From the NCBI RefSeq assembly GCF_055900595.2, contig NZ_CM148325.1: 64,000 bases of DNA. One strand, written 5' to 3'. The position numbers were made by a program, and so were the translations under genes. Within the stretch, counting starts at the first letter, position 1. Every line of letters begins with the position of its first letter. Of this stretch, positions 43,542-54,966 are shown piece after piece. Below the pieces are notes generated by a model, which was given only the letters and a program-made list of their open reading frames with translations, searched no databases and was not told where the DNA came from.

Positions 43542-45149
43542 ATGCGTATTTCCTTGAAAAAGTCAGGGATGCTGAAGCTTGGTCTCAGCCTGGTGGCTAT
43601 GACCGTCGCAGCAAGTGTTCAGGCTAAAACTCTGGTTTATTGCTCAGAAGGCTCTCCGGAAGGGTTTAACCCGCAGCTGTTTACCTCCGGCACCACCTAT
43701 GACGCCTCTTCCGTACCGCTTTATAACCGCCTGGTTGAATTTAAAATCGGCACCACTGAAGTGATTCCGGGCCTCGCTGAAAAGTGGGAAGTCAGCGAAG
43801 ACGGTAAAACCTATACCTTCCATCTGCGTAAAGGTGTGAAGTGGCATAACAACAAAGAATTCAAACCGACGCGCGAACTGAATGCCGATGACGTGGTGTT
43901 CTCGTTCGATCGTCAGAAAAACGCACAAAACCCGTACCATAAAGTTTCTGGCGGCAGCTACGAATACTTCGAAGGTATGGGCTTGCCGGAGCTGATCAGC
44001 GAAGTGAAAAAGGTGGACGACAACACCGTTCAGTTTGTGCTGACTCGCCCGGAAGCGCCGTTCCTTGCTGACCTTGCAATGGACTTCGCCTCTATTCTGT
44101 CAAAAGAATATGCTGACGCGATGATGAAAGCCGGTACGCCGGAAAAACTGGACCTCAACCCAATCGGCACCGGCCCGTTCCAGTTACAGCAGTATCAAAA
44201 AGATTCCCGTATCCGCTACAAAGCGTTTGATGGCTACTGGGGCACCAAACCACAGATCGATACGCTGGTCTTCTCTATTACCCCTGACGCTTCCGTGCGT
44301 TACGCTAAATTGCAGAAAAATGAATGCCAGGTGATGCCGTACCCGAACCCGGCAGATATCGCCCGCATGAAGCAGGATAAATCCATCAACCTGATGGAAA
44401 TGCCGGGGCTGAACGTCGGCTATCTCTCGTATAACGTGCAGAAAAAACCACTGGATGACGTGAAAGTTCGCCAGGCTCTGACCTACGCAGTGAACAAAGA
44501 CGCCATCATCAAAGCAGTTTATCAGGGCGCGGGCGTAGCAGCGAAAAACCTGATCCCACCAACCATGTGGGGCTATAACGACGACGTTCAGGACTACACC
44601 TACGATCCTGAAAAAGCGAAAGCCTTGCTGAAAGAAGCGGGCCTGGAAAAAGGCTTCTCCATCGACCTGTGGGCGATGCCGGTACAGCGTCCGTATAACC
44701 CGAACGCTCGCCGCATGGCGGAGATGATCCAGGCTGACTGGGCGAAAGTGGGCGTACAGGCCAAAATCGTTACGTATGAATGGGGTGAGTACCTCAAGCG
44801 TGCGAAAGATGGCGAGCACCAGACGGTAATGATGGGCTGGACTGGCGATAACGGGGATCCGGATAACTTCTTCGCTACCCTGTTCAGCTGCGCTGCCTCT
44901 GAACAAGGCTCCAACTACTCAAAATGGTGCTACAAACCGTTTGAAGATCTGATTCAACCGGCGCGTGCTACCGACGACCACAACAAGCGTGTTGAACTGT
45001 ACAAACAAGCACAGGTCGTGATGCACGATCAGGCTCCGGCACTGATCATCGCTCACTCCACCGTGTTTGAACCGGTACGCAAAGAAGTTAAAGGCTATGT
45101 GGTTGATCCATTAGGCAAACATCACTTCGAAAACGTCTCTATCGAATAA
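43542..45149 (+). CDS. dppA: dipeptide ABC transporter periplasmic binding protein
   Basis: 535-aa ORF MRISLKKSGMLKLGLSLVAMTVAASVQAKTLVYCSEGSPEGFNPQLF... Confidence 0.97.
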   Translation: MRISLKKSGMLKLGLSLVAMTVAASVQAKTLVYCSEGSPEGFNPQLFTSGTTYDASSVPLYNRLVEFKIGTTEVIPGLAEKWEVSEDGKTYTFHLRKGVKWHNNKEFKPTRELNADDVVFSFDRQKNAQNPYHKVSGGSYEYFEGMGLPELISEVKKVDDNTVQFVLTRPEAPFLADLAMDFASILSKEYADAMMKAGTPEKLDLNPIGTGPFQLQQYQKDSRIRYKAFDGYWGTKPQIDTLVFSITPDASVRYAKLQKNECQVMPYPNPADIARMKQDKSINLMEMPGLNVGYLSYNVQKKPLDDVKVRQALTYAVNKDAIIKAVYQGAGVAAKNLIPPTMWGYNDDVQDYTYDPEKAKALLKEAGLEKGFSIDLWAMPVQRPYNPNARRMAEMIQADWAKVGVQAKIVTYEWGEYLKRAKDGEHQTVMMGWTGDNGDPDNFFATLFSCAASEQGSNYSKWCYKPFEDLIQPARATDDHNKRVELYKQAQVVMHDQAPALIIAHSTVFEPVRKEVKGYVVDPLGKHHFENVSIE

Positions 45150-45186
45150 TTAAAAGCCATACAAGGTTGATGGCAAACGCAAAACT

Positions 45187-45285
45187 GCCGGATGCGCTCC
45201 GCTTATCAGGCCTACGAGAGTTCTGCAATGTATTGAGTTTGCACGATTTTGTAGGCCGGATAAGGCGTTCACGCCGTATCCGGCA
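45187..45285. repeat. REP/BIME elements between dppA and dppB
   Basis: GCCGGATGCGCTCCGCTTATCAGGCCTAC ... GTAGGCCGGATAAGGCGTTCACGCCGTATCCGGCA. Confidence 0.8.
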
Positions 45286-45456
45286 TGACCAAAGCGTACT
45301 TTGTCAACAATCTGCATACCCGGTGGTGCTGTGCCTTTAAGTGCAGCGCCATCCGGCAGCAATACTTAATTCCCTGTCCTATAAGGGCGGGAATTGATTT
45401 GTGAGCAATACAGACTCGCAGTTCCAGGCTGCGGGTCACTACAGAGAATCCGGGTT

Positions 45457-46476
45457 ATGTTGCAGTTTATTCTCCGACGTTTGGGGCTCGTCATCCCCAC
45501 GTTTATCGGTATTACCCTTCTCACATTTGCCTTTGTCCACATGATCCCTGGCGATCCGGTGATGATCATGGCGGGTGAACGTGGGATCTCCCCAGAGCGT
45601 CACGCGCAATTGCTGGCAGAACTCGGCTTGGATAAACCGATGTGGCAGCAGTATCTCCATTACATTTGGGGCGTAATGCACGGTGATTTAGGCATTTCGA
45701 TGAAAAGCCGAATTCCGGTATGGGAAGAGTTCGTGCCGCGCTTCCAGGCCACGCTGGAACTTGGCGTCTGCGCAATGATTTTTGCGACCGCGGTCGGCAT
45801 TCCGGTTGGTGTGCTGGCTGCGGTTAAACGCGGTTCTATTTTCGATCATACAGCCGTTGGCCTGGCGCTGACCGGCTACTCGATGCCGATCTTCTGGTGG
45901 GGCATGATGCTGATCATGCTGGTTTCGGTGCACTGGAACCTGACGCCTGTCTCCGGTCGCGTGAGCGACATGGTATTCCTCGATGATTCCAATCCGTTAA
46001 CCGGTTTTATGCTGATCGACACCGCCATCTGGGGTGAAGACGGTAACTTTATCGATGCCGTCGCCCATATGATCCTGCCCGCCATTGTGCTGGGTACTAT
46101 CCCGCTGGCGGTCATTGTACGTATGACGCGCTCCTCGATGCTGGAAGTGCTGGGCGAGGATTACATCCGCACCGCGCGTGCCAAAGGGCTGACCCGCCTT
46201 AGGGTGATTATCGTCCATGCGCTGCGTAATGCCATGCTGCCGGTGGTGACCGTTATCGGCCTGCAGGTGGGAACATTGCTGGCAGGCGCGATTCTGACCG
46301 AAACCATCTTCTCGTGGCCAGGTCTGGGGCGCTGGTTGATTGACGCGCTGCAACGCCGCGATTATCCGGTAGTGCAGGGAGGTGTATTACTGGTGGCGAC
46401 GATGATTATCCTCGTCAACCTGCTGGTCGATCTGCTGTACGGCGTGGTGAACCCGCGTATTCGTCATAAGAAGTAA
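45457..46476 (+). CDS. dppB: dipeptide ABC transporter permease
   Basis: Start at MLQFILRRLGLVIPTFIGITLLTFAFVH gives 339 aa. Confidence 0.95.
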   Translation: MLQFILRRLGLVIPTFIGITLLTFAFVHMIPGDPVMIMAGERGISPERHAQLLAELGLDKPMWQQYLHYIWGVMHGDLGISMKSRIPVWEEFVPRFQATLELGVCAMIFATAVGIPVGVLAAVKRGSIFDHTAVGLALTGYSMPIFWWGMMLIMLVSVHWNLTPVSGRVSDMVFLDDSNPLTGFMLIDTAIWGEDGNFIDAVAHMILPAIVLGTIPLAVIVRMTRSSMLEVLGEDYIRTARAKGLTRLRVIIVHALRNAMLPVVTVIGLQVGTLLAGAILTETIFSWPGLGRWLIDALQRRDYPVVQGGVLLVATMIILVNLLVDLLYGVVNPRIRHKK

Positions 46477-46485
46477 GGGGGCATC

Positions 46486-47388
46486 ATGTCACAGGTTACT
46501 GAAAATAAAGTGATTAGCGCACCGGTGCCGATGACCCCGTTACAGGAGTTCTGGCACTATTTTAAACGCAACAAAGGCGCGGTCGTCGGGCTGGTTTACG
46601 TCGTCATCGTGTTGTTTATCGCGATCTTTGCCAACTGGATTGCGCCGTATAACCCGGCGGAACAGTTCCGCGATGCACTGCTCGCCCCGCCAGCCTGGCA
46701 GGAAGGCGGCAGCATGGCGCACTTGCTTGGCACCGATGACGTAGGCCGTGATGTGCTGTCGCGGCTGATGTACGGCGCGCGCTTGTCGCTGCTGGTTGGT
46801 TGTCTGGTGGTGGTGTTGTCGCTGATTATGGGCGTTATTCTCGGCCTGATCGCCGGTTACTTTGGCGGTCTGGTTGATAACATCATCATGCGCGTGGTCG
46901 ATATCATGCTGGCGCTGCCAAGTCTGCTGCTGGCGCTTGTGTTGGTGGCTATCTTCGGCCCGTCGATTGGTAACGCCGCGCTGGCACTGACCTTTGTTGC
47001 GCTGCCGCACTATGTGCGCTTAACCCGCGCCGCCGTGCTGGTGGAGGTGAATCGAGATTACGTCACCGCGTCTCGCGTGGCGGGGGCCGGGGCGATGCGC
47101 CAGATGTTTATTAACATCTTCCCGAACTGCCTTGCGCCGCTGATTGTTCAGGCGTCGCTCGGTTTCTCTAACGCCATTCTCGATATGGCTGCTCTTGGTT
47201 TCCTCGGTATGGGGGCGCAGCCGCCAACACCGGAGTGGGGCACCATGCTCTCCGACGTATTGCAGTTCGCGCAAAGCGCCTGGTGGGTCGTAACCTTCCC
47301 CGGTCTGGCGATCCTGCTGACGGTGCTGGCATTTAACCTGATGGGTGACGGTCTGCGTGACGCGCTCGATCCCAAACTGAAGCAGTAA
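46486..47388 (+). CDS. dppC: dipeptide ABC transporter permease
   Basis: 300-aa [39 protein letters not shown]... Confidence 0.95.
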
Positions 47389-47398
47389 GAGGTTCGAG

Positions 47399-48382
47399 AT
47401 GGCGTTATTAAATGTAGATAAATTATCGGTGCATTTCGGCGACGAAAGCGCACCGTTCCGCGCCGTAGACCGCATCAGCTACAGCGTGAAACAAGGCGAA
47501 GTGGTCGGAATTGTGGGTGAGTCTGGCTCCGGTAAGTCGGTCAGTTCACTGGCGATTATGGGGCTGATTGATTATCCGGGCCGCGTGATGGCAGAAAAGC
47601 TGGAGTTTAACGGCCAGGATTTGCAGCGTATCTCAGAAAAAGAGCGCCGCAACCTGGTGGGCGCCGAAGTGGCGATGATCTTCCAGGACCCGATGACCAG
47701 CCTCAACCCGTGTTACACCGTAGGTTTCCAGATTATGGAAGCAATTAAGGTACATCAGGGCGGTAATAAGAGCACTCGCCGTCAGCGGGCGATTGATCTG
47801 CTGAATCAGGTCGGTATTCCCGATCCGGCATCGCGTCTGGATGTTTACCCGCATCAGCTTTCTGGCGGCATGAGCCAGCGTGTGATGATCGCCATGGCGA
47901 TTGCCTGTCGGCCAAAACTGCTGATTGCTGATGAGCCGACCACCGCGCTGGACGTGACCATTCAGGCACAAATCATCGAACTGCTGCTGGAGCTGCAGCA
48001 GAAAGAGAACATGGCGCTGGTGTTGATTACCCATGACCTGGCGCTGGTGGCGGAAGCGGCGCATAAAATCATCGTCATGTATGCAGGCCAGGTGGTGGAA
48101 ACGGGCGATGCCCACGCCATCTTCCATGCACCGCGTCATCCGTATACTCAGGCATTGCTGCGCGCGCTGCCGGAATTTGCCCAGGACAAAGAACGTCTGG
48201 CGTCATTGCCTGGCGTCGTTCCTGGCAAATACGACCGTCCGAATGGCTGCCTGCTTAACCCGCGTTGTCCCTATGCCACTGACAGATGCCGCGCTGAAGA
48301 ACCGGCGTTGAATATGCTCGCTGACGGGCGTCAGTCCAAATGCCACTACCCACTTGATGATGCCGGGAGGCCCACACTATGA
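47399..48382 (+). CDS. dppD: dipeptide ABC transporter ATP-binding protein
   Basis: 327 aa; Walker A GESGSGKS, signature LSGGMSQR; C-terminal cysteine cluster. Confidence 0.95.
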
Positions 48383-49383
48383 GTACGCAAGAGGCCACCC
48401 TGCAACAACCGCTGTTGCAGGCTATCGACCTGAAAAAACATTATCCGGTGAAGAAAGGCATGTTCGCGCCGGAACGTCTGGTTAAAGCGCTGGACGGAGT
48501 TTCGTTCAACCTTGAACGTGGCAAAACGCTGGCGGTAGTGGGTGAATCTGGCTGCGGTAAATCGACCCTCGGTCGGCTGCTGACGATGATCGAAACACCT
48601 ACCGGCGGCGAACTGTATTACCAGGGGCAGGATCTGCTCAAGCACGATCCGCAGGCGCAGAAGTTGCGTCGGCAGAAAATCCAGATCGTCTTCCAGAATC
48701 CCTATGGCTCGCTGAATCCGCGTAAAAAAGTTGGGCAAATTCTTGAAGAGCCGCTGCTGATCAACACCAGTTTAAGCAAAGAACAGCGTCGGGAAAAAGC
48801 GTTGTCGATGATGGCGAAAGTCGGCCTGAAAACCGAGCATTACGATCGCTATCCGCACATGTTCTCCGGCGGTCAGCGTCAGCGTATCGCCATTGCCCGT
48901 GGTCTGATGCTCGACCCGGATGTGGTGATTGCCGATGAACCGGTTTCCGCGCTGGACGTCTCGGTACGTGCGCAGGTGCTGAATCTGATGATGGATTTGC
49001 AGCAGGAACTGGGGCTGTCTTATGTCTTTATCTCGCACGACCTGTCGGTGGTGGAACACATTGCTGATGAAGTGATGGTGATGTACCTGGGCCGCTGCGT
49101 GGAGAAAGGTACGAAAGACCAAATCTTCAATAATCCGCGTCATCCGTACACCCAGGCGCTGCTTTCAGCAACACCGCGTCTGAATCCGGACGATCGTCGC
49201 GAGCGCATTAAGCTCACCGGTGAACTGCCAAGCCCGCTGAATCCACCGCCGGGTTGCGCCTTCAACGCCCGCTGTCGTCGGCGCTTCGGCCCCTGCACTC
49301 AGTTACAGCCGCAGCTAAAAGACTACGGCGGTCAACTGGTAGCTTGTTTTGCTGTTGATCAGGATGAAAATCCGCAGCGGTAA
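48379..49383 (+). CDS. dppF: dipeptide ABC transporter ATP-binding protein
   Basis: 334 aa; Walker [10 protein letters not shown], signature FSGGQRQR; ATGA overlap with dppD. Confidence 0.95.
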
Positions 49384-49412
49384 CTCACAAAACCGGGGCC
49401 ATGCGCTCCGGT

Positions 49413-50684
49413 TTACTCAATCAGCTTCAACAGTGGCGACAAGCATAACAAAATGCCGTACAGCAGAATCATCCAGGCTTTAAACCCGCGAAGTTTTTCC
49501 AGTTGTGAGACTTTATAGATCAGGAAAAATGGAATGAGGCACGACACAATGCCATATAACGGGCTTCCCAACTGAAAGAACACCAGCACCGATACACGAA
49601 ACGAAACCCAAATCGTCAACGTAATGACGATAAAAGCGCAGATCGCCAGAGTCAGCATGCGTGAGTTAATTTTCTTGGTATCAATAATTCGGCTTAACAG
49701 ATTGAGAATAATGCCTTTAATGGCCTCGTGGAAACCGAGATAAATGCCAAAGAATGCGGTCAGTACGGCAAAGATATTCAGCACCGTAGAGGTGATATGA
49801 ATGATATGCCCAGGGATCACCTGCGCGGCCAGTGCCAGTGCCGAGATATTTTGTTCAAAGGCAGAAACGGCTTCTTCGTGGCTAATTGAGAAGGTAAACG
49901 AAAAGGCAAAAAACAGGATCACCGCGATGAGCGTGACATAACTAATTCGGTGGGTACGCAGCGCGAGCCGGGTTGCCAGTACTTTATCCGCTTCCCGTTT
50001 ACGATAGGCAATATTCATTGGGTTAAGTACCTGAATAAATACCGCAGAAAAGAAGCAAAAGGGAATGGTAAGCAGGACATCGCGGAAAAAGACGGAGGCT
50101 TGCGGGAAGGCGGTTATATTGGCGAAATTCCAGTGCGGGATCATCGCAAAACCGAACACGACGATAATCCCTACTTTGACCACCACCATTGGCCCGGAAA
50201 TCTTAAACAGTAATCGTTCACCACCAGACGCAATTGCCACCAGTACGGCGAAAATGGCGACTTTATAAAGTAGAGATTGTGAAAGATCGGCATCGGTTAA
50301 ACCGAAGGTTTTCAGGTACGAGGCGCTGTCGAAAACCACGGAGAGAGAGTAGATAAAAATCCCGTGGATAATCATCAAAAAGTAGATAACCCCGAGGAAA
50401 ATTCCCCAGTTCTTCCCCAGGTAATGACTGATAATATCGGTGTAGTCATTACAGGAATCGCTTTCAGAAAGGGTTTTTAAATAAATGTCCTGCACTACCC
50501 AGGTGGCAGGATAAGCAATGATCGCTGCGGTAATAAATACCCAAATTCCCTTCAAGCCAATTTGTACTGGCATCAGCACGGTTCCGGCACCAATCGCCAT
50601 GCCTATGCATAATAAAACCCAGCCGAAGTCGTAGCGTGTAAACGGCATTTTCTGATCGTGTTTCGGTAGTGTGTTGTGCTGCAT
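49413..50684 (-). CDS. yhjV: amino-acid (HAAAP/serine-threonine type) transporter family protein
   Basis: Start at [28 protein letters not shown] gives 423 aa; polytopic. Confidence 0.85.
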   Translation of the reverse strand: MQHNTLPKHDQKMPFTRYDFGWVLLCIGMAIGAGTVLMPVQIGLKGIWVFITAAIIAYPATWVVQDIYLKTLSESDSCNDYTDIISHYLGKNWGIFLGVIYFLMIIHGIFIYSLSVVFDSASYLKTFGLTDADLSQSLLYKVAIFAVLVAIASGGERLLFKISGPMVVVKVGIIVVFGFAMIPHWNFANITAFPQASVFFRDVLLTIPFCFFSAVFIQVLNPMNIAYRKREADKVLATRLALRTHRISYVTLIAVILFFAFSFTFSISHEEAVSAFEQNISALALAAQVIPGHIIHITSTVLNIFAVLTAFFGIYLGFHEAIKGIILNLLSRIIDTKKINSRMLTLAICAFIVITLTIWVSFRVSVLVFFQLGSPLYGIVSCLIPFFLIYKVSQLEKLRGFKAWMILLYGILLCLSPLLKLIE

Positions 50685-51039
50685 AAAGTCCTGTCCAGAA
50701 AGAAGTCGGCCTCGCAAAAATGAATAAACCCAGTTTCTCTTGCGCAACAGGTGGAGAAGTCGAATACGCAGTATGTAAAAAATGAGGCAATAGATTCACT
50801 GGGGAGGTCGCGAGGAGGCGCAATTCTACAAAATTGCGCATTTCACTACCAGTCTGGAGTCAGCCCGGATATGAACTGCAACTATTGCAAATAAAGAAAT
50901 TAAGCTGGAAGGTATCACGCAATGAGGAAGGTTGCCGGGTGCTGACGGTAAAAAGCAATCGTAAAATCAGCGGCAAGCCGGAAAGGTTCCGGTGAGGCGC
51001 AATGTTGCGGGGGCTTAATCCCTGGTGGCATTGGTTGCT

Positions 51040-51112
51040 GGAGAGAGAAAACCCCCGCACGTTGCAGATATTCACCTGACAACATCACGGGGGCTAATCT
51101 TGAACCTAGACC
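51040..51112 (-). ncRNA. rdlD: putative Rdl antisense RNA, copy 1 (approximate ends)
   Basis: Minus-strand GC stem (CCCCCG...CGGGGG) followed by UUUUCUCUCU, opposite the ldr leader; inferred from LDR locus organisation. Confidence 0.35.
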
Positions 51113-51159
51113 ACTCAAGAATAGCCGCGAAACGTTGTCATTACAACACAGGCGGCTAT

Positions 51160-51267
51160 ATGACGCTCGCAGAACTGGGCATGGCCTTCTGGCATGATTT
51201 AGCGGCTCCGGTCATCGCTGGCATTCTTGCCAGCATGATCGTGAACTGGCTGAATAAGCGGAAGTAA
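51160..51267 (+). CDS. ldrD: Ldr-family type I toxin, copy 1 (35 aa)
   Basis: MTLAELGMAFWHDLAAPVIAGILASMIVNWLNKRK; closest to K-12 LdrD as recalled. Confidence 0.85.
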   Translation: MTLAELGMAFWHDLAAPVIAGILASMIVNWLNKRK

Positions 51268-51522
51268 CGTGTCAGACGGGCGTCAGGCTGCCGTAATGGC
51301 AATTTGCGCCCGGACCAGGCCGCAGGGATAAAACTCTGCGGCCTTTTTCGTAAGAAAAATGCAACGGTTGCAAGCGGATAATATTCTGCGGAATGCGCAG
51401 CACAGAGTGAAGAAGTGACGGATTCCGGAACAGAAAAACAGTCGTAGAATCAGCGGCAAGCCGGAAGGGTTCCGGTGAGGCGCAATGTTGCGGGGGCTTT
51501 ATCCCTGGTGGCATTGGGTGCT

Positions 51523-51595
51523 GGAGAGAGAAAACCCCCGCACGTTGCAGGTATGCACCTGACAACACCACGGGGGCCATTCTTGCATCCAAACA
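51523..51595 (-). ncRNA. putative Rdl antisense RNA, copy 2 (approximate)
   Basis: Same element one repeat unit downstream. Confidence 0.35.
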
Positions 51596-51642
51596 ATACA
51601 AGAATAGCCGCGAAACGTTGTCATTACAACACAGGCGGCTAT

Positions 51643-51750
51643 ATGACGCTCGCAGAACTGGGCATGGCCTTCTGGCATGATTTAGCGGCTCCGGTCATTG
51701 CTGGCATTCTTGCCAGTCTGATCGTGAACTGGCTGAATAAGCGGAAGTAA
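51643..51750 (+). CDS. Ldr-family type I toxin, copy 2
   Basis: MTLAELGMAFWHDLAAPVIAGILASLIVNWLNKRK (M26L relative to copy 1). Confidence 0.85.
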   Translation: MTLAELGMAFWHDLAAPVIAGILASLIVNWLNKRK

Positions 51751-52006
51751 CGTGTCAGACGGGCGTCAGGCTGCCGTAATGGCAATTTGCGCCCGGACCA
51801 GGCTGCAGGGATAAAACTCTGCGGCCTTTTTCGTAAGAAAAATGCAACGGTTGCAAGCGGATAATATTCTGCGGAATGCGCAGCACAGAGTGAAGAAGTG
51901 ATGGATTTCGACGAGCAAAAATGGCCGTAGAATCAGCGGCAAGCCGGAAGGGTTCCGGTGAGGCGCAATGTTGCGGGGGGCTTTATCCCTGGTGGCATTG
52001 GTTGCT

Positions 52007-52079
52007 GGAGAGAGAAAACCCCCGCACGTTGCAGGTATGCACCTGGCAACACCACGGGGGCCATTCTTGCATCTAGACC
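52007..52079 (-). ncRNA. putative Rdl antisense RNA, copy 3 (approximate)
   Basis: Same element. Confidence 0.35.
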
Positions 52080-52126
52080 ATTCAAGAATAGCCGTGAAAC
52101 GTTGTCATTACAACAGAGGCGGCTAT

Positions 52127-52234
52127 ATGACGCTCGCAGAACTGGGCATGGCCTTCTGGCATGATTTAGCGGCTCCGGTCATCGCTGGCATTCTTGCCAG
52201 TCTGATCGTGAACTGGCTGAACAAGCGGAAGTAA
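52127..52234 (+). CDS. Ldr-family type I toxin, copy 3
   Basis: Identical peptide to copy 2. Confidence 0.85.
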   Translation: MTLAELGMAFWHDLAAPVIAGILASLIVNWLNKRK

Positions 52235-52489
52235 CGTGTCAGACGGGCGTCAGGCTGCCGTAATGGCAATTTGCGCCCGGATCAGGCCGCAGGGATAAAA
52301 CTCTGCGGCCTTTTTCGTAAGAAAAATGCAACGGTTGCAAGCGGATAATATTCTGCGGAATGCGCAGCACAGAGTGAAGAAGTGACGGATTCCGGAACAG
52401 AAAAACAGTCGTAGAATCAGCGGCAAGCCGGAAGGGTTCCGGTGAGGCGCAATGTTGCGGGGGCTTTATCCCTGGTGGCATTGGTTGCT

Positions 52490-52562
52490 GGAGAGAGAAA
52501 ACCCCCGCATATTGCAGGTATGCACCTGACAACATCACGGGGGCCATTCTTGAACCTACACA
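52490..52562 (-). ncRNA. putative Rdl antisense RNA, copy 4 (approximate)
   Basis: Same element. Confidence 0.35.
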
Positions 52563-52609
52563 ACTCAAGAGTAGCCGCGAAACGTTGTCATTACAACACT
52601 GGCGGCTAT

Positions 52610-52717
52610 ATGACGCTCGCAGAGCTGGGCATGGCCTTCTGGCACGATTTAGCGGCTCCGGTCATTGCTGGCATTCTTGCCAGTCTGATCGTGAACTGGC
52701 TGAACAAGCGGAAGTAA
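52610..52717 (+). CDS. Ldr-family type I toxin, copy 4
   Basis: Identical peptide to copy 2. Confidence 0.85.
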   Translation: MTLAELGMAFWHDLAAPVIAGILASLIVNWLNKRK

Positions 52718-52972
52718 CGTGTCGGACGAGCGTCAGGCTGCCGTAATGGCAATTTGCGCCCGGACCAGGCCGCAGGGATAAAACTCTGCGGCCTTTTTCG
52801 TAAGAAAAATGCAACGGTTGCAAGCGGATAATATTCTGCGGAATGCGCAGCACAGAGTGAAGAAGTGACGGATTCCGGAACAGAAAAACAGTCGTAGAAT
52901 CAGCGGCAAGCCGGAAGGGTTCCGGTGAGGCGCAATGTTGCGGGGGCTTAATCCCTGGTGGCATTGGTTGCT

Positions 52973-53045
52973 GGAGAGAGAAAACCCCCGCACGTTGCAG
53001 GTATGCACCTGACAACATCACGGGGGCTAATCTTGAACCCAAACA
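52973..53045 (-). ncRNA. putative Rdl antisense RNA, copy 5 (approximate)
   Basis: Same element. Confidence 0.35.
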
Positions 53046-53092
53046 ACTCAAGAATAGCCGCGAAACGTTGTCACTACAACAGAGGCGGCTAT

Positions 53093-53200
53093 ATGACGCT
53101 CGCAGAACTGGGCATGTCCTTCTGGCATGATTTAGCGGCTCCGGTCATTGCTGGCATTCTTGCCAGTCTGATCGTGAACTCGCTGAATAAGCGGAAGTAA
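53093..53200 (+). CDS. Ldr-family type I toxin, copy 5 (variant A9S, W30S)
   Basis: MTLAELGMSFWHDLAAPVIAGILASLIVNSLNKRK; loss of the C-terminal-region Trp may affect activity. Confidence 0.7.
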   Translation: MTLAELGMSFWHDLAAPVIAGILASLIVNSLNKRK

Positions 53201-53286
53201 CGTGTCATGCGGGCGTCAGGCTGCCGTAATGGCAATTTGCGCCCGGATCAGGCCGCAGGGGTGAAACTCTGCGGCCTTTTTCGTTC

Positions 53287-54966
53287 TTATTGCGGGTAAG
53301 GCACCCAGTCGCCGCCGTTCAGGCGAACGTACGGTTTATCCTGGTATTGAATAACTACTGCATTTGAGTTCTCGGAGACCGGTGCTGTTTGTGGCAACCC
53401 ACTGGTGAGTTTTTTCCAGTCAACATTGTCTTCGGTGAAAATCTTACCATCAAGAACGCGAACCACCAGATCGGAGATAGCCAGGAAGCTGCTCGGTTGG
53501 TCGATGACAATCGGTGCCCCCTGATGTGGTGCCTTCATGCCGAAGAATTTCACCCCAACGGGGACGTCTGTGATAGACGGGCTAGGGATATCACGTAGGC
53601 CAGATACCTGCATTCTGTCGCCCTTCAGCGCGCCACCGTGTTCCGGCACCACTACCACCATCACTTTACGACCCGATTTCTCCAGTTCAGTAAAGAAGGC
53701 GTCCAGCTCATCAAAGAATTTCTGCGCTCGCGCTTTGTAATCCGCTGTTTTGCTGACGCCCGGATAATGGTTGCCGTCATGCAGTGGAAGCGTGTTATAG
53801 AACGTGGCACTACGGCTGTTTTTATCTTTTTCGGTAACGTCCAGCCAGCGGTTAAGCACGGCGGTATCGTCATAAACCGGCGAACCATCAAAGCCCAGCA
53901 AAATAACCGGCAGATTTGTTTGATCCATCAATTCGGTCTGCATGCCGCCATTTTCGCGAACTTCTTTCAAAAAACCGCCGAACTGGCCGTTATGTCCCAT
54001 CATCAGGTGCTGGGTAAAGCCCAGTTTCGACAGGTTATCAAACAGATAGCAGTCGTTATTTGCCGGTTGATACAGATTAGTGTGCGAAGTCTGCCCGCAG
54101 CTGGCGCGCAGTAAACGGATCGCCGCCGGGCCACTGTAGGAGGTGGCGGAGTTAAAGTTCTTGAACTCAATATCGAAATGCGACCACAGCGGATGCGACA
54201 TCAACCCGGCGGCTTCAATATCCGACCAGGAAAGCGAACAGATATTAATCACCAGTAGTTCAAATGGCTGAGCATCAGCGGGCAGCGAAGACGGGAAGGT
54301 CGATTTACGTTTCGCCTCCGCGTTATAGAAATTATTCAGCCAGGCGTTAAGGTTCGCCGTTGTGGGCGGTGCAGTTTGTGCGGGCATATCACCCACTACC
54401 GGTGCGCCACCCGTCGCCGCAACGGTTGCCGCTGCGTTACCACCCGTCGTTGTTACAGTGGTCGTCGGTTGACCGGCAGGCCACAAGGAGAAACTTGGTC
54501 CCGCCAGGGTAAGTACGTTCAGCCATAGCAGAATGGCAACCACAAAAACGGTAATGCGAATCCATTGTGACAGGAATAACCAGGCCACTAATAAAACAAA
54601 AATGGCCCCAATCATCTGCCAGTTAATAAAGCGTGTGACAAGGTCGATTAAATAATCGGTACTGAACCCCGCCACCTGCGAACCCTGGCTCATTATGCTT
54701 TCCGGGCCAGGCAACCAGGTGTCATGCCAGAACAAAGCAAAGCCGATCGGCAGGGCAATCCAGTGGCGTAAGCGATGCAGGCTGTAGCGCGGAATGGGCA
54801 TCAGCAGAAACGCGGCAAACACCAGATTGAGGAGCGGATGGAAGTTAAGATATCCCGCCCACAACAGGCCGAACTTAACCAGAAAATAGAAGTTCCAGCC
54901 GGAAAGGCCGCGCCAGTATTGCCAGAGGGAAGAAGGCATGGCGGTATTTTGCGTAAATTGAGTCAT
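53287..54966 (-). CDS. bcsG: cellulose biosynthesis protein BcsG (phosphoethanolamine transferase for cellulose modification)
   Basis: 559-aa [45 protein letters not shown]... Confidence 0.9.

Larger units (their letters stand above)
50930..53285 (+). repeat. Tandem array of five ~483-bp LDR units, each carrying an ldr toxin gene and an rdl antisense RNA
   Basis: ldr start codons at 51160, 51643, 52127, 52610, 53093 (spacing 483/484/483/483); each unit has the same leader, the 35-codon ORF and a terminator hairpin GGCCGCAGGGATAAAACTCTGCGGCC followed by a T-run. Confidence 0.9.

Noticed and set aside
44184-44906. 240-aa minus-strand ORF inside dppA
   Set aside because: Antisense to a well-supported gene; low-complexity His/Arg/Phe-rich translation typical of non-coding frames.
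50915-53051. Recurrent 67-129-aa minus-strand ORFs (MSGLGSRLAPVMLSGAYLQRAGVFSLQQPMPPG...) in every LDR unit
   Set aside because: They are the reverse frame of the ldr leader/rdl region, repeated only because the DNA is repeated; the LDR units are known to encode the 35-aa Ldr peptide and an antisense RNA, not these frames.
51025-53200. 80-91-aa plus-strand ORFs that extend the Ldr peptides upstream
   Set aside because: Extensions arise only from absence of an in-frame stop in the leader; the conserved toxin is the 35-aa C-terminal part with its own ATG.
50930-53285. Possible CRISPR array, because of the regular direct repeats
   Set aside because: Repeat period is about 483 bp and units are near-identical throughout with no short repeat/unique spacer alternation; each unit encodes a peptide gene. 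Not CRISPR.
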